From contig CAWFOE010000008.1 of assembly GCA_963817285.1 (NCBI GenBank), forward strand, positions 123,577 through 187,576: 64,000 nucleotides of DNA, given 5' to 3'. Numbering within the stretch: position 1 is the stretch's first letter; the number at the start of each line of letters is the position of its first letter. A program made the translations under genes and the position numbers. The stretch comes from an uncultured Pseudomonadota bacterium. Lineage in GTDB: Bacteria; Pseudomonadota; Gammaproteobacteria; Natronospirales; REEB76. The notes under the pieces were generated by a model that ran no database searches, was not told where the DNA came from, and saw only the letters and a list, made by a program, of their open reading frames with translations. Below are positions 42,367 through 52,402 of the stretch, piece by piece.

Positions 42367-43647
42367 TCAGAGTACGAGCCCTCGGGCTTCCGACAGGATC
42401 TTGCTCAGGAAGGTGGTGAAGCGCGCGGCCGCGGCGCCGTCGATGACCCGGTGGTCATAGGACAGAGACAAGGGCAGCATCAATCTCGGCTGGAAGGCCT
42501 TGCCATCCCAGACCGGTTTCATGGAGGACTTGGAGACTCCGAGAATAGCCACCTCCGGCGCATTCACGATGGGTGTGAACGCAGTACCGCCGATACCACC
42601 CAGGCTCGAGATGCTGAAGCAACCACCCTGCATCTCATCCACCTTGAGTTTGCCGTCCCGGGCCTTGGCTGCCAGTTCGCCCAACTCCTTGGCGATCTCG
42701 AACACGTTCTTCTTGTCGGCGTTCTTGATCACCGGCACCACGAGGCCATTGGGCGTGTCCGCTGCAAACCCGATGTGGAAATACTTCTTCATCACCTGGT
42801 TCTGGCCCGTAGGATCCAGAGAAGAATTGAAGTCCGGGTATTCCTTCATGGCGGCTACGGTGGCCTTCACCAGGAAAGCCAGGGGCGTGAGCTTGGCGCC
42901 GATCTTCTCCGCATCGGACTTGAGTTCCTGTCGCAACTGCTCGAGACCGGTGATATCTGCCTCGTCATGCTGGGTGACATGAGGCACATTGACCCAGGCA
43001 GCCTGCAAGCGCGGACCTGAGATGCGCTTGATGCGCGAGAGAGGCTTGATCTCGATCTCGCCGAAGCGGGCAAAATCCACTTCCGGCACTTTCGGCAAGC
43101 CGCCGCCGGCGGCTTGCCCACCCTGCATGACGGCCTTCACGAAGGCTTTCACGTCATCCTGAGTGATACGGCTCTTGCGACCACTGCCGGTGACGCGGGA
43201 GAGATCCACACCCAATTCGCGAGCGAACTTGCGCACCGAGGGGCCTGCATGGGCCTTGCCGAAACCCGCTTCGTTGATGGGCGGGAGTGAGGCCGCTTGT
43301 TGGATGACCGGCGTGGGAGCAGCGGGTCTCGGCGCTGCGGGTGCAGGTGTAGGCGCGCTGGCGGCAGGTGTCGCAGCCTTGGGGGCAGCAGCGGGTTTTG
43401 CTGCTTCCTCACTGGCATCCATGACGAGCACGAGGGAGCCTTCCGAGACCTTGTCGCCCTTCTTCACTTTCAGCGCTTTCACGGTGCCCGCATAGGGCGC
43501 GGGCACGTCCATGGCGGCCTTGTCGGTCTCGATGGTGATGAGACCCTGCTCCTTGGCAACCACGTCGCCGGGTTTCACCATCACCTCGATGACTTCCACA
43601 TCCTTGAAGTTACCGATATCCGGGACTTTGACTTCTTTTTCTGCCAC
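42367..43647 (-). CDS. aceF: Dihydrolipoyllysine-residue acetyltransferase (PDH E2), single lipoyl domain
   Basis: 'LITIETDKAAMDVPAP', E3-binding 'AGPSVRKFARELGVDLSRVTGSG', catalytic 'SLSYDHRVIDGA'. Confidence 0.92.
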   Translation of the reverse strand: MAEKEVKVPDIGNFKDVEVIEVMVKPGDVVAKEQGLITIETDKAAMDVPAPYAGTVKALKVKKGDKVSEGSLVLVMDASEEAAKPAAAPKAATPAASAPTPAPAAPRPAAPTPVIQQAASLPPINEAGFGKAHAGPSVRKFARELGVDLSRVTGSGRKSRITQDDVKAFVKAVMQGGQAAGGGLPKVPEVDFARFGEIEIKPLSRIKRISGPRLQAAWVNVPHVTQHDEADITGLEQLRQELKSDAEKIGAKLTPLAFLVKATVAAMKEYPDFNSSLDPTGQNQVMKKYFHIGFAADTPNGLVVPVIKNADKKNVFEIAKELGELAAKARDGKLKVDEMQGGCFSISSLGGIGGTAFTPIVNAPEVAILGVSKSSMKPVWDGKAFQPRLMLPLSLSYDHRVIDGAAAARFTTFLSKILSEARGLVL

Positions 43648-43659
43648 GGCGTGCTCTCC

Positions 43660-46329
43660 TTAAACCGTGACCGGATTGGGTTTTTCGGGATTGATACCAT
43701 ATTTCTTGATGGCCTCAGCCACCTTCTTGGCATCCAGCTGGCCTTCGTCCACCAGGGACTTCAGCGCGGCCACCACCACATAGCGCTTGTCCACCTCGAA
43801 GAAGTGGCGCAAGCCTACGCGGGTATCGCTGCGACCGAAGCCGTCAGTACCCAACACCATGTAGCGCCGCGGCACGAATTCGCGGATCTGGTCCGCGAAG
43901 AGTTTCATGTAATCCGTGGCAGCGATGATCGGCCCCGTAGTCTTGGCCAGGGCCTCTGTCACATAAGGGACCTTCGGCTTCTGGTCCGCGTGATACAGGT
44001 TCCAGCGGCTGCAATCGAGACCATCGCGGCGCAGTTCCGTGAAACTGGTAGCGCTCCAAATGTCTGCCGACACACCCCAGTCTTTCTCCAGCATCTCGGC
44101 GGCGGCTTCCACTTCCCGCAGGATGGTGCCTGACCCCAAGAGCTGCACCTTGAGCTTCTGCTTACCGCCCTCCTTCAGTAGATACATGCCCTTCAGGATG
44201 CCGGCTTCAGCGCCCTTCGGCATGGCCGGCTGCACGTAGTTCTCGTTCATGCAGGTGAGGTAATAGAAGACGCTCTCCTGATCCTTGAACATGCGCCGCA
44301 TGCCGTCCTGCACGATCACCGCCACTTCATACATATAAGTGGGGTCGTAAGACACGCAGTTGGGGATGGTGGAAGACAGGATGTGGCTGTGGCCATCTTC
44401 GTGCTGCAGACCTTCGCCTTCGAGAGTGGTCCGCCCCGCAGTGCCACCGACGAGGAAGCCGCGGGCCTGGATGTCTCCTGCGGCCCAGGCGAGATCGCCG
44501 ATGCGCTGGAAGCCGAACATGGAGTAATAGATGTAGAACGGCACCATCTGGATGCCATGGTTGCTGTAGGAAGTGGCAGCTGCGATCCAGGACGCCATGG
44601 AGCCAGGCTCGGTGATGCCCTCTTCCAGGATCTGGCCCGACTTGTCTTCCTTGTAGAACATGAGCTGATCGGCATCCGCCGGCTCATAGAGCTGACCCAC
44701 GGAAGAATAGATGCCGATCTGGCGGAACAAGCCTTCCATGCCGAAGGTGCGCGCTTCGTCCGGCACGATGGGCACGATGTGCTTGCCGATGCCCTTGTCC
44801 TTCACCAGCGCCGTGATGACCCGGACCATGGCCATGGTGGTGGAGATCTCCCGATCGCCGGTGCTCTCCAGGAAGGTCTTGAAGAAATCCAGCTCCGGTA
44901 CCGGCAGGGCCTTGGCTTCATGGCGTCGCTGGGGCAAATAGCCGCCCAAGGCGGCGCGCCGGGCCTTCAGGTATTTGATCTCTTCGCTGTCATCCGCGGG
45001 ACGTGCGAAGGGCACCTTGGCGATGTCTTCGTTGCTCACCGGGATGCTGAAGGTATCGCGGAAACCCTTGAGTGAATCCTCGTCCAGCTTCTTCTGCTGG
45101 TGGGCACCCATCTGGCCCTGGCCGGCCTTGCCCATACCGAAGCCTTTCACGGTGTGCGCCAGGATCACCGTAGGCTGTCCCTTGTGCTGCACCGCCGCCT
45201 GGTAAGCCGCATGCACCTTGCGGGCATCGTGGCCACCGCGGTTCAGGTTCCAGATCTCCTCGTCGCTCATGTTGGCGACCATCTCCAGGAGTTCCGGATA
45301 CTTGCCGAAGAACTTCTCCCGGACGAACTTACCGTCCTTGGATTTGAAGTTTTGGTACTCGCCGTCCACGCACTCCATCATGAGGCGCTTCAGCAGGTCG
45401 TCGTGGTCGCGCTCCAGCAACGCATCCCAACGGGTGCCCCACAGCACCTTGATCACATTCCAGCCGCTGCCACGGAAGTTGGCTTCCAGCTCCTGGATAA
45501 TCTTGCCGTTGCCGCGCACCGGACCGTCCAGGCGCTGCAGGTTGCAGTTCACCACGAAGATGAGGTTGTCGAGCTTCTCGCGGGAAGCGAGAGAGATGGC
45601 GCCCAAGGACTCCGGCTCATCCATCTCGCCGTCGCCCAGGAAAGCCCAGACCTTGCGGTCGCTCTCAGGGATGAAGCCGCGGTGCTCCATGTAGCGGGTG
45701 AAGCGCGCTTGGTAGATGGCTTGCAGGGGCCCAAGGCCCATGGACACCGTGGGGAACTGCCAGTAGTCCGGCATCAGCCAAGGGTGCGGATAGGAAGAGA
45801 GTCCATCCCGCTCCACTTCGCGACGGAAGTTCAGGAGCTGCTGTTCGGTGAAGCGGCCTTCCATGAAAGAGCGCGCATAGATACCGGGGGAGGAATGTCC
45901 CTGGATATAGATCATGTCGCCGCCCTGGTCTTGAGTGGGCGCGCGCCAGAAGTGGTTGAATCCCACTTCATATAAGGTGCCGGAGGAGGCATAGGTGGCG
46001 ATGTGGCCGCCGATGCCACTGTTCTCCTTGTTGGCATGCACCACCATGGCCATGGCGTTCCAACGCAAGTAGGCCTCGATGCGCTTCTCGATGGCGCGGT
46101 CGCCCGGATAGGCAGCCTGCTGGTTGGCGTTGATGGTGTTTACATAGGCGGTGTTAGGGCTATACGGCAGGTAAGCGCCGGAGCGGCGAGCCTTGTCGAT
46201 GAGCTGCTCGATGAGGTAATGGGCCCGTTCGGTGCCCTCCGCTTCCAGGACCGAGGCGAGGGCATCAAGCCACTCGTGGGTCTCGACCGGATCGGCGTCC
46301 TGCGGCTGGTTGGTCACATCGTTCGCCAT
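43660..46329 (-). CDS. aceE: Pyruvate dehydrogenase E1 component (homodimeric type)
   Basis: Start at 'MANDVTNQPQDADPVETHEWLDAL'. Intact 889-aa frame. 'GGHIATYASS', 'GDGEMDEPES'. Confidence 0.93.
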   Translation of the reverse strand: MANDVTNQPQDADPVETHEWLDALASVLEAEGTERAHYLIEQLIDKARRSGAYLPYSPNTAYVNTINANQQAAYPGDRAIEKRIEAYLRWNAMAMVVHANKENSGIGGHIATYASSGTLYEVGFNHFWRAPTQDQGGDMIYIQGHSSPGIYARSFMEGRFTEQQLLNFRREVERDGLSSYPHPWLMPDYWQFPTVSMGLGPLQAIYQARFTRYMEHRGFIPESDRKVWAFLGDGEMDEPESLGAISLASREKLDNLIFVVNCNLQRLDGPVRGNGKIIQELEANFRGSGWNVIKVLWGTRWDALLERDHDDLLKRLMMECVDGEYQNFKSKDGKFVREKFFGKYPELLEMVANMSDEEIWNLNRGGHDARKVHAAYQAAVQHKGQPTVILAHTVKGFGMGKAGQGQMGAHQQKKLDEDSLKGFRDTFSIPVSNEDIAKVPFARPADDSEEIKYLKARRAALGGYLPQRRHEAKALPVPELDFFKTFLESTGDREISTTMAMVRVITALVKDKGIGKHIVPIVPDEARTFGMEGLFRQIGIYSSVGQLYEPADADQLMFYKEDKSGQILEEGITEPGSMASWIAAATSYSNHGIQMVPFYIYYSMFGFQRIGDLAWAAGDIQARGFLVGGTAGRTTLEGEGLQHEDGHSHILSSTIPNCVSYDPTYMYEVAVIVQDGMRRMFKDQESVFYYLTCMNENYVQPAMPKGAEAGILKGMYLLKEGGKQKLKVQLLGSGTILREVEAAAEMLEKDWGVSADIWSATSFTELRRDGLDCSRWNLYHADQKPKVPYVTEALAKTTGPIIAATDYMKLFADQIREFVPRRYMVLGTDGFGRSDTRVGLRHFFEVDKRYVVVAALKSLVDEGQLDAKKVAEAIKKYGINPEKPNPVTV

Positions 46330-46504
46330 GGCAAAACCTTGTGGTTCGTCATTCAGGGCATCGCGGGGGACGGCGGGAATAAACAGCCCTCCGCCGCGGG
46401 GTTTTTGCGGTCTCAAGCATCGGGCCGGCACGCTATCGCGCCTTCCGGCGGGGCTCCAAGCCCTATATCATCACTGTCCGGATTCCCTAGAACGTCGGGC
46501 ACCC

Positions 46505-48013
46505 ATGACTAGCAAGCCGCCGCAAGCACACAAACTCGAGATCAAACAGCCTTTGACGGCGGCGGATACGGCCAAGGTCGATATCCTGGACGCCATCATT
46601 ATACTGCTGCCGGAAAGTTCTCTCCAAAAGGGCTGGCCGGATTTTCCCCATGCCGAACGCCTGAAGAAGCGTGTACCAGAAGGCAAGACGAGCCTGGGGC
46701 CCACACGCGCCGACCTGCCGAACCCGCGGGGGACCGTGGCGATCATGGCCACCTACAAGGCCGGTGGCTCGACCTTCGAATTCCTCACTCTGGCCCGTAA
46801 ATGCCTCGCCAAAGCATGTGAATCGGAACCTGCGAGCATAGGGCTCCTGTTACCTGGCAGCGATGAATACCTGTGGCCGGCACTGGCGGAAGCGATGGTC
46901 GCAGCTGTGACAGCCGCCGATTTTGAACCGCCCCAGTTCAAGGTCAAGCCGGAGCCTCACCGAGCCATCACGAGCCTCACGCTCTTCGATGGCAAGCAGG
47001 CTCTCGATTTCACCCGGACCCTGGCGGAAGCAGAAGGCAACCGTCTCGCCCGCTGGCTGACGCTATTGCCTGCCAATCACCTGACCCCTACTGAGTACCG
47101 TGGCTATGTGAAAGACATGGCACGACGGGAAGGCTGGAAGTTCGAATTCCTGGACGAGAAGAAACTGAAGTCACTGGGTGCTGGCGCTTTCCTCGCCGTG
47201 TCCCAAGGCAGCGAGACCCGCGATGCGGGTATCGTGCACCTGACCTACAAACCCGCCAAGGGCGCGCGCGCCGCCAACCATCTGGCGCTCGTGGGTAAGG
47301 GCATCTGCTACGACACCGGCGGCGTGAACCTGAAATCCGACAAGTCCATGTTCGGCATGCACGGTGACATGCAAGGCTCAGCGGTGGCGCTCGGCACCCT
47401 GCTCGCTCTCACCCGCCTCAAGGTGCCTTTCCAGGTTGAGGCTTGGCTCGCCATCGCGCGCAACCAGATCGGCCCCAAGGCCTATACCCAGAACGATGTG
47501 ATCAAAGCCCTCAACGGCGTCAGCATCGAAGTCACCCACACCGATGCAGAAGGTCGCATGGTGCTGGCGGATACTCTGGCCCTCGCCACCCGCCAGAAGC
47601 CGGGCCTGACTCTGGACTACGCCACCCTCACGGGCGCCTGCGTGATGGCCCTCGGCACACGCTACAGCGGTGCTTTCACTCAGAGTGCGGCCCTTGCGAA
47701 ATCCGTGATCGCTGCCGGTGTCGCTAGCGGCGAACGGGTCTGGCCCTTCCCGGTGGATACGGATTACGACGAAGCCCTGGAGAGCGAAGTGGCAGACGTG
47801 AAACAGTGCGTGCTGGAGAGCAGTCGGGCGGACCACATCCTCGCATCACGCTTCCTCTCGCGCTTCGTGGAGAAAGATGCCCCCTGGATCCACGTGGACT
47901 TGGCGGCTTCCGACCACAAGGGCGGTCTCGCCCATGTGCCCACGGAAGTGACGGGCTTCGGCGTGCGCTTCACCCTGAACTTGCTGCTGGACCAGGGGCT
48001 CGCCCCCCGATGA
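46505..48013 (+). CDS. M17 leucyl aminopeptidase family protein
   Basis: '[16 protein letters not shown]', 'MHGDMQGSA', '[14 protein letters not shown]', 'ATLTGA'. Confidence 0.8.
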   Translation: MTSKPPQAHKLEIKQPLTAADTAKVDILDAIIILLPESSLQKGWPDFPHAERLKKRVPEGKTSLGPTRADLPNPRGTVAIMATYKAGGSTFEFLTLARKCLAKACESEPASIGLLLPGSDEYLWPALAEAMVAAVTAADFEPPQFKVKPEPHRAITSLTLFDGKQALDFTRTLAEAEGNRLARWLTLLPANHLTPTEYRGYVKDMARREGWKFEFLDEKKLKSLGAGAFLAVSQGSETRDAGIVHLTYKPAKGARAANHLALVGKGICYDTGGVNLKSDKSMFGMHGDMQGSAVALGTLLALTRLKVPFQVEAWLAIARNQIGPKAYTQNDVIKALNGVSIEVTHTDAEGRMVLADTLALATRQKPGLTLDYATLTGACVMALGTRYSGAFTQSAALAKSVIAAGVASGERVWPFPVDTDYDEALESEVADVKQCVLESSRADHILASRFLSRFVEKDAPWIHVDLAASDHKGGLAHVPTEVTGFGVRFTLNLLLDQGLAPR

Positions 48014-49044
48014 GCGACACGCTCACACTCACTCGGCCTGACGACTGGCACCTGCATCTGCGGGACGGCGCGGTATTGAAGGATGTCGTCCCTCCCACTG
48101 CCAAGCGCTTCGCCCGGGCCATCGTGATGCCCAACCTGAAGCCGCCGGTGACGACGACTCAGCAAGCCCTGGAATATCGCGAGCGGATCCTGGCGGCACT
48201 GCCGAATGGCAGCACCTTCATTCCGCTCATGACGCTGTATCTCACGGAGAAGACTGCGCCCGATGAAGTCCGCCGCGCCAAATCCAGCGGCCACGTGTAT
48301 GCGGTGAAGTATTACCCGGCAGGTGCCACCACCAATGCGGATGCGGGCGTCACGGATATCCTGCGCTGCCAGGCCACGTTAGAAGCCATGGCGGAAGCGG
48401 GTCTGCCGCTATTGGTACATGGGGAAGTGACGGATCCTGCGGTCGATGTGTTCGACCGGGAGGCGGTATTCATAGATAAGGTACTGGCGCCGCTCATCGG
48501 GCGCTTGCCGAAGCTGAAAGTCGTGTTCGAGCACATCACCACCCGCAAGGCCGTGGACTTCGTGCTATCAGCCCCAGCCAACGTGGCAGCTACCCTCACC
48601 CCCCAACACCTGCTGCATAACCGCAACGCCATGTTCAAAGGCGGCATCCGGCCCCATTACTACTGTCTGCCGGTGTTGAAACGTGAGACGGATCGGGAAG
48701 CCCTGGTGCGTGCGGCCGTCAGCGGCAACCCGAAGTTCTTCCTGGGCACTGACAGTGCGCCCCATCCCCGTCATCTCAAGGAACAGGCCTGCGGTTGTGC
48801 CGGCATCTTCAGTGCCCATGCAGGCATCGAGCTCTACGCAGAAGTGTTCGAGCAGGCCGGCGCCCTCGGCAAGCTCGAAGGTTTTGCGAGCTTCTATGGC
48901 GCCGATTTCTATGGCCTGCCGCGCAACAGCGACAAGCTCACTCTGGTGAAGAGATCCTGGATGCCGCCTGCCACTTATCGTTTCGGCGATGCAGAGCTCG
49001 TGCCCTTGCGCGCCGGAGAAGAAATCGCCTGGAGTCTCGCCTAA
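48010..49044 (+). CDS. pyrC: Dihydroorotase (class II, homodimeric type)
   Basis: ATGA overlap. '[12 protein letters not shown]', '[10 protein letters not shown]', '[11 protein letters not shown]', 'FEHITT', 'FLGTDSAPH'. Confidence 0.9.
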   Translation: MSDTLTLTRPDDWHLHLRDGAVLKDVVPPTAKRFARAIVMPNLKPPVTTTQQALEYRERILAALPNGSTFIPLMTLYLTEKTAPDEVRRAKSSGHVYAVKYYPAGATTNADAGVTDILRCQATLEAMAEAGLPLLVHGEVTDPAVDVFDREAVFIDKVLAPLIGRLPKLKVVFEHITTRKAVDFVLSAPANVAATLTPQHLLHNRNAMFKGGIRPHYYCLPVLKRETDREALVRAAVSGNPKFFLGTDSAPHPRHLKEQACGCAGIFSAHAGIELYAEVFEQAGALGKLEGFASFYGADFYGLPRNSDKLTLVKRSWMPPATYRFGDAELVPLRAGEEIAWSLA

Positions 49045-49082
49045 GCATATCTTCCGAGCCTGCCATCCTTTATCCTGCATCC

Positions 49083-49728
49083 ATGGACGAGACCCGAGCC
49101 CCGCACCCCTTCTCGCACGCGTTTCCGCGGCTTCCTGCCTGTGGTGGTGGACGTGGAGACCGGCGGCTTCAACCATCAGACCGATGCACTCCTGGAGATC
49201 GCCGGAGTGATGCTTGAGATGGACGAAGACGGGCATATCAGCCGTGGCGAGACCCACACCTACCACGTGGAACCCTTCGAGGGCGCGAATCTCGAACCAG
49301 CGGCCCTGGCCATCACGGGCATAGATCCGCATCATCCGCTGCGCCCGGCCCTGCCGGAGCGGGAAGTCCTGCGGCGACTGTTCCGGGAAGTACGCAATGA
49401 GCTGGATAAATATGGCTGCAACCGCGCCGTGCTGGTGGGCCACAATGCTTTCTTCGATCTGAACTTCTTGAACGCTGCCGTGGCCCGCAGCGGCGTGAAA
49501 CGCAATCCCTTCCATCCCTTCTCGAGCTTCGACACCGCGACCTTGGGTGGTGTAGCCGTGGGTCAGACCGTGTTGGCCCGGGCCGTGGAAGCGGTCGGTC
49601 TGGCCTGGGATAGCTCCGCGGCCCATTCCGCCGCCTACGATGCCGAGAAGACTGCCGATCTCTTCTGCGAGATCGTGAACCGCTTCCGACCCATATACAC
49701 AGCTTCCCTGCCTACCGGTCTGTCATAA
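49083..49728 (+). CDS. rnt: Ribonuclease T (frame slip at about 49112)
   Basis: '[17 protein letters not shown]', '[13 protein letters not shown]', '[20 protein letters not shown]' (DEDDh exonuclease). ATG 49083 is in a different frame from the body. Confidence 0.87.
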
Positions 49729-49750
49729 AAAAACGGGGCTTGCGCCCCGT
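49727..49750 (-). terminator. Intrinsic terminator after grxD (hairpin shared with the convergent rnt)
   Basis: Stem acggggc/gccccgt (49733-49750). On the minus strand it is followed by the U-run encoded by A7 at 49727-49733. Confidence 0.7.
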
Positions 49751-49785
49751 CTCAGTTCCGATCCTCCCCGAAAAGCATTCTTTCT

Positions 49786-50106
49786 TCAGGAATGCGTGAT
49801 GCTCTTCTCGTCGAATAGTTTCTGAGTTCGCCCGACTGGAACATCTCCACCACGATGTCACAGCCACCCACCAGTTCGCCCTTGACGAACAGCTGTGGGA
49901 AAGTGGGCCAGTTGGAATATTGGGCAGGTTGGCGCGCACCTCTGGTTCTGTCAGCACGTTCACGTGACCGAACTCCACGCCCAGGGTCTTCAGCACCTGG
50001 GTGGTACGGGCCGAGAAACCGCATTGGGGAAAGTCCGGCGTACCCTTCATGAAGAGTACGACCGGCTGGCGTCTATCTCTTGCTTGATGCGTTCCACAAT
50101 ATCCAT
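49786..50106 (-). CDS. grxD: Monothiol glutaredoxin, Grx4 family (3 frame slips at about 50065, 49925, 49815)
   Basis: '[13 protein letters not shown]', '[24 protein letters not shown]', '[32 protein letters not shown]' and '[12 protein letters not shown]' are reconstructed across frames. Confidence 0.85.
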
Positions 50107-50146
50107 GTCTGGTTCTCGATATTTCGGGCGGGCCATACGGGCCCTG

Positions 50147-50473
50147 TTACGGTGATTTTACTTCAATTTTGGATATCACGTCTTTGACCCCGCCCACGCT
50201 CTTGGTCACGGTGAGGGCCTCATCGCGCAGGGCCTCCGTCGGCAGTGTACCGCTGAGGGTGACTACCTGGTTCACGGTGATCACTTTGAGGCTAAAGGTC
50301 TTGAGTCCCGCATCTACCGCCAGCTTGGATTTGACCGCCGTGGTGAGATACGAGTCGTCCATGAAGGTGCCGGCTGTGGCGCCCGGCATGGGCTTATCGG
50401 TGGAGCAGCCACCCATAGTGGCGAGCCCAGCGACCAGCAGTAGTGCGATGAGGACATTGGCTTTGATGCGCAT
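50147..50473 (-). CDS. BON-domain lipoprotein (OsmY-like)
   Basis: Start at 'MRIKANVLIALLLVAGLATMGGCS' (lipobox). 'DDSYLTTAVKSKL', 'VTLSGTLPTEALRDEALTVTKSVGGVKDV'. Confidence 0.75.
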   Translation of the reverse strand: MRIKANVLIALLLVAGLATMGGCSTDKPMPGATAGTFMDDSYLTTAVKSKLAVDAGLKTFSLKVITVNQVVTLSGTLPTEALRDEALTVTKSVGGVKDVISKIEVKSP

Positions 50474-50489
50474 AGTCGTTCTCCTTCCG

Positions 50490-50669
50490 TTAGCGTTTAT
50501 CGTCCGGTGAGCCGCCCCGCTGTGGCAGCTCGTCGAGTATGCGGCGGCGCTCCACTTCGGACATCCGCAGCCAGTTTGCGATCTCGCCGATGTGGCGACG
50601 GCAACCCACGCAGTATTCCGCATCATCCAGCGTACATATGCCTATGCAGGGCGAGTCGGACGGGTTCAT
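50490..50669 (-). CDS. DUF1289 (YdhL-like) small Cys protein; below the ORF-track length cut-off
   Basis: Hand translation gives 59 aa: MNPSDSPCIGICTLDDAEYCVGCRRHIGEIANWLRMSEVERRRILDELPQRGGSPDDKR*. This carries the typical 'SPCIGIC...C.GC.R' signature. Confidence 0.7.
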   Translation of the reverse strand: MNPSDSPCIGICTLDDAEYCVGCRRHIGEIANWLRMSEVERRRILDELPQRGGSPDDKR

Positions 50670-50814
50670 GGTAAGCGGCGTGGCATGGCAGGATGATGGC
50701 AGGGTCTACGGGAAGGATTATACTAACGATATGCCTGATCCCGGCTCTCGATTTGACACTTGCCGGGGATACCGCTCTGACTTCACACCTTAAAGAATGT
50801 AAGAGGAGTATGCG

Positions 50815-51429
50815 ATGAATCCCCTGAATAGCATCAAAGGCACCCTGATCGCGGGCTTCGTGCTCGCCATCATCGTCGCATTCGCGCTCAACATGGGCCT
50901 GGGTACGGTCAACTGGCTGACAGTGTTCCGCTGGGTACATATCCTCGCGGGCATAACCTGGATCGGCCTGCTCTACTACTTCAACTTCGTGCAGACCCCT
51001 GCTCTGGCTGCAGCGGCTGCTGACAAGGGCGGCCCGGGTGGTGCTGGCATCTCTAAATACGTGGCGCCGCGCGCCCTCCTCTGGTTCCGCTGGTCCGCTG
51101 CCCTCACCTGGCTCATGGGTGTCGCCTACCTCGGTTACCGTAATAGCCTGGGCGCCTTCGCCCTCGGCTTCGAGAAGTCCCCGGTGGATAACTATGAGCT
51201 CACGATCGGCGTGGGCGCCTGGCTCGGCACCATCATGCTGTTCAACGTGTGGGTGCTGATCTGGCCGAACCAGAAGAAGATCCTTGGCATCGTGTCGGCC
51301 ACCGATGAGCAGAAGGCAAAGGCCCGTAAGATCGCGGCCCTGGCGTCCCGCACCAACACCATGCTCTCCATCCCCATGCTCCTGTGCATGGCTTCTGCAA
51401 GCCACGGCTTGCCGCTCATCCACGGCTGA
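50815..51429 (+). CDS. Integral membrane protein resembling the N-terminal membrane domain of PuuD-type urate hydroxylases (DUF989-like; call from memory)
   Basis: Intact 204-aa ORF with a GAGGAG RBS. 'WVHILAGITWIGLLYYFNFVQ'. Four or five TM segments. Confidence 0.5.
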   Translation: MNPLNSIKGTLIAGFVLAIIVAFALNMGLGTVNWLTVFRWVHILAGITWIGLLYYFNFVQTPALAAAAADKGGPGGAGISKYVAPRALLWFRWSAALTWLMGVAYLGYRNSLGAFALGFEKSPVDNYELTIGVGAWLGTIMLFNVWVLIWPNQKKILGIVSATDEQKAKARKIAALASRTNTMLSIPMLLCMASASHGLPLIHG

Positions 51430-51450
51430 AGCCTGTCCGACCATATGCGA

Positions 51451-51478
51451 TAAGGCCCGGCTTTCCAGCCGGGCCTTA
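51451..51478 (+). terminator. Stem-loop terminator candidate after the membrane-protein gene
   Basis: taaggcccggc / gccgggcctta 11-bp stem, loop tttcca, followed by a T-rich 'ttcatt'. A TATAAT box for nadC follows at about 51494. Confidence 0.6.
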
Positions 51479-51510
51479 TTCATTCCCAGCATTTATAATG
51501 GCAGCCACCC

Positions 51511-52356
51511 ATGTCTACTTCCCTGCCCACTGATATCTCCGCCACAGTGCAGCGCGCGCTCGCCGAAGACATCGGTGACGGCGATCTCACGGCAGCTCTG
51601 GTCCCGGAGTCTGCACAGGCCCGCGGCCAAGTCATCTCCCGCGAGGAAGCGGTGCTGTGCGGTGCTGCATGGTTCGACGAGGTGTTCCGGCAGGTGGATG
51701 ACCGCATCCGCATCCATTGGGAAGCACAGGACGGGTCCGCGGTGCACCGAGACCAGGTGCTTTGCCGCCTTGAAGGTCCCGCGCGCGGCCTGCTCACCAG
51801 CGAGCGTAGCGCATTGAACTTCCTGCAGGCACTGTCCGGTACCGCCACGGAGGCCCGGCGCTATGCCGAGGCCGTACGCGGAACCCGTGCAACCATCCTG
51901 GATACCCGCAAGACACTACCGGGGCTGCGCACTGCCCAGAAATATGCGGTCCGCTGCGGCGGGGCCACCAATTACCGCATGGGCCTGTATGACGGTATCC
52001 TTATAAAGGAGAACCACATCATAGCCGCCGGCGGCATCACCGCCGTCGTGCGCAATGCCCGTACCGGTGAAGCCCGAGTACCGGTGGAGGTGGAAGTGGA
52101 GACACTGGACCAGGTGAGGGAGGCATTGGACGCCGGCGCCGACATCCTGCTGTTGGACAACTTCGACGTCCAAGGCATGCGTGAGGCGGTAAAGGTCACT
52201 GCCGGGCGCGCCAAACTCGAGGCCTCCGGCGGCATAGGCATCGAAGCGGTGCGCCGGGTCGCAGAGACGGGGGTGGATTACATCTCGGTGGGCGCGCTCA
52301 CCAAGCACGTGCGGGCAGTGGACCTGTCCATGCGCTTCGAATTCGGGAAACACTGA
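51511..52356 (+). CDS. nadC: Nicotinate-nucleotide diphosphorylase (carboxylating)
   Basis: '[13 protein letters not shown]', '[16 protein letters not shown]', '[12 protein letters not shown]', '[13 protein letters not shown]', 'ILLDNF'. Confidence 0.9.
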   Translation: MSTSLPTDISATVQRALAEDIGDGDLTAALVPESAQARGQVISREEAVLCGAAWFDEVFRQVDDRIRIHWEAQDGSAVHRDQVLCRLEGPARGLLTSERSALNFLQALSGTATEARRYAEAVRGTRATILDTRKTLPGLRTAQKYAVRCGGATNYRMGLYDGILIKENHIIAAGGITAVVRNARTGEARVPVEVEVETLDQVREALDAGADILLLDNFDVQGMREAVKVTAGRAKLEASGGIGIEAVRRVAETGVDYISVGALTKHVRAVDLSMRFEFGKH

Positions 52357-52402
52357 ATAACGGCATCGTCGCTATGGCGGCCAAGATCATCGAGGATCAA
52401 GC

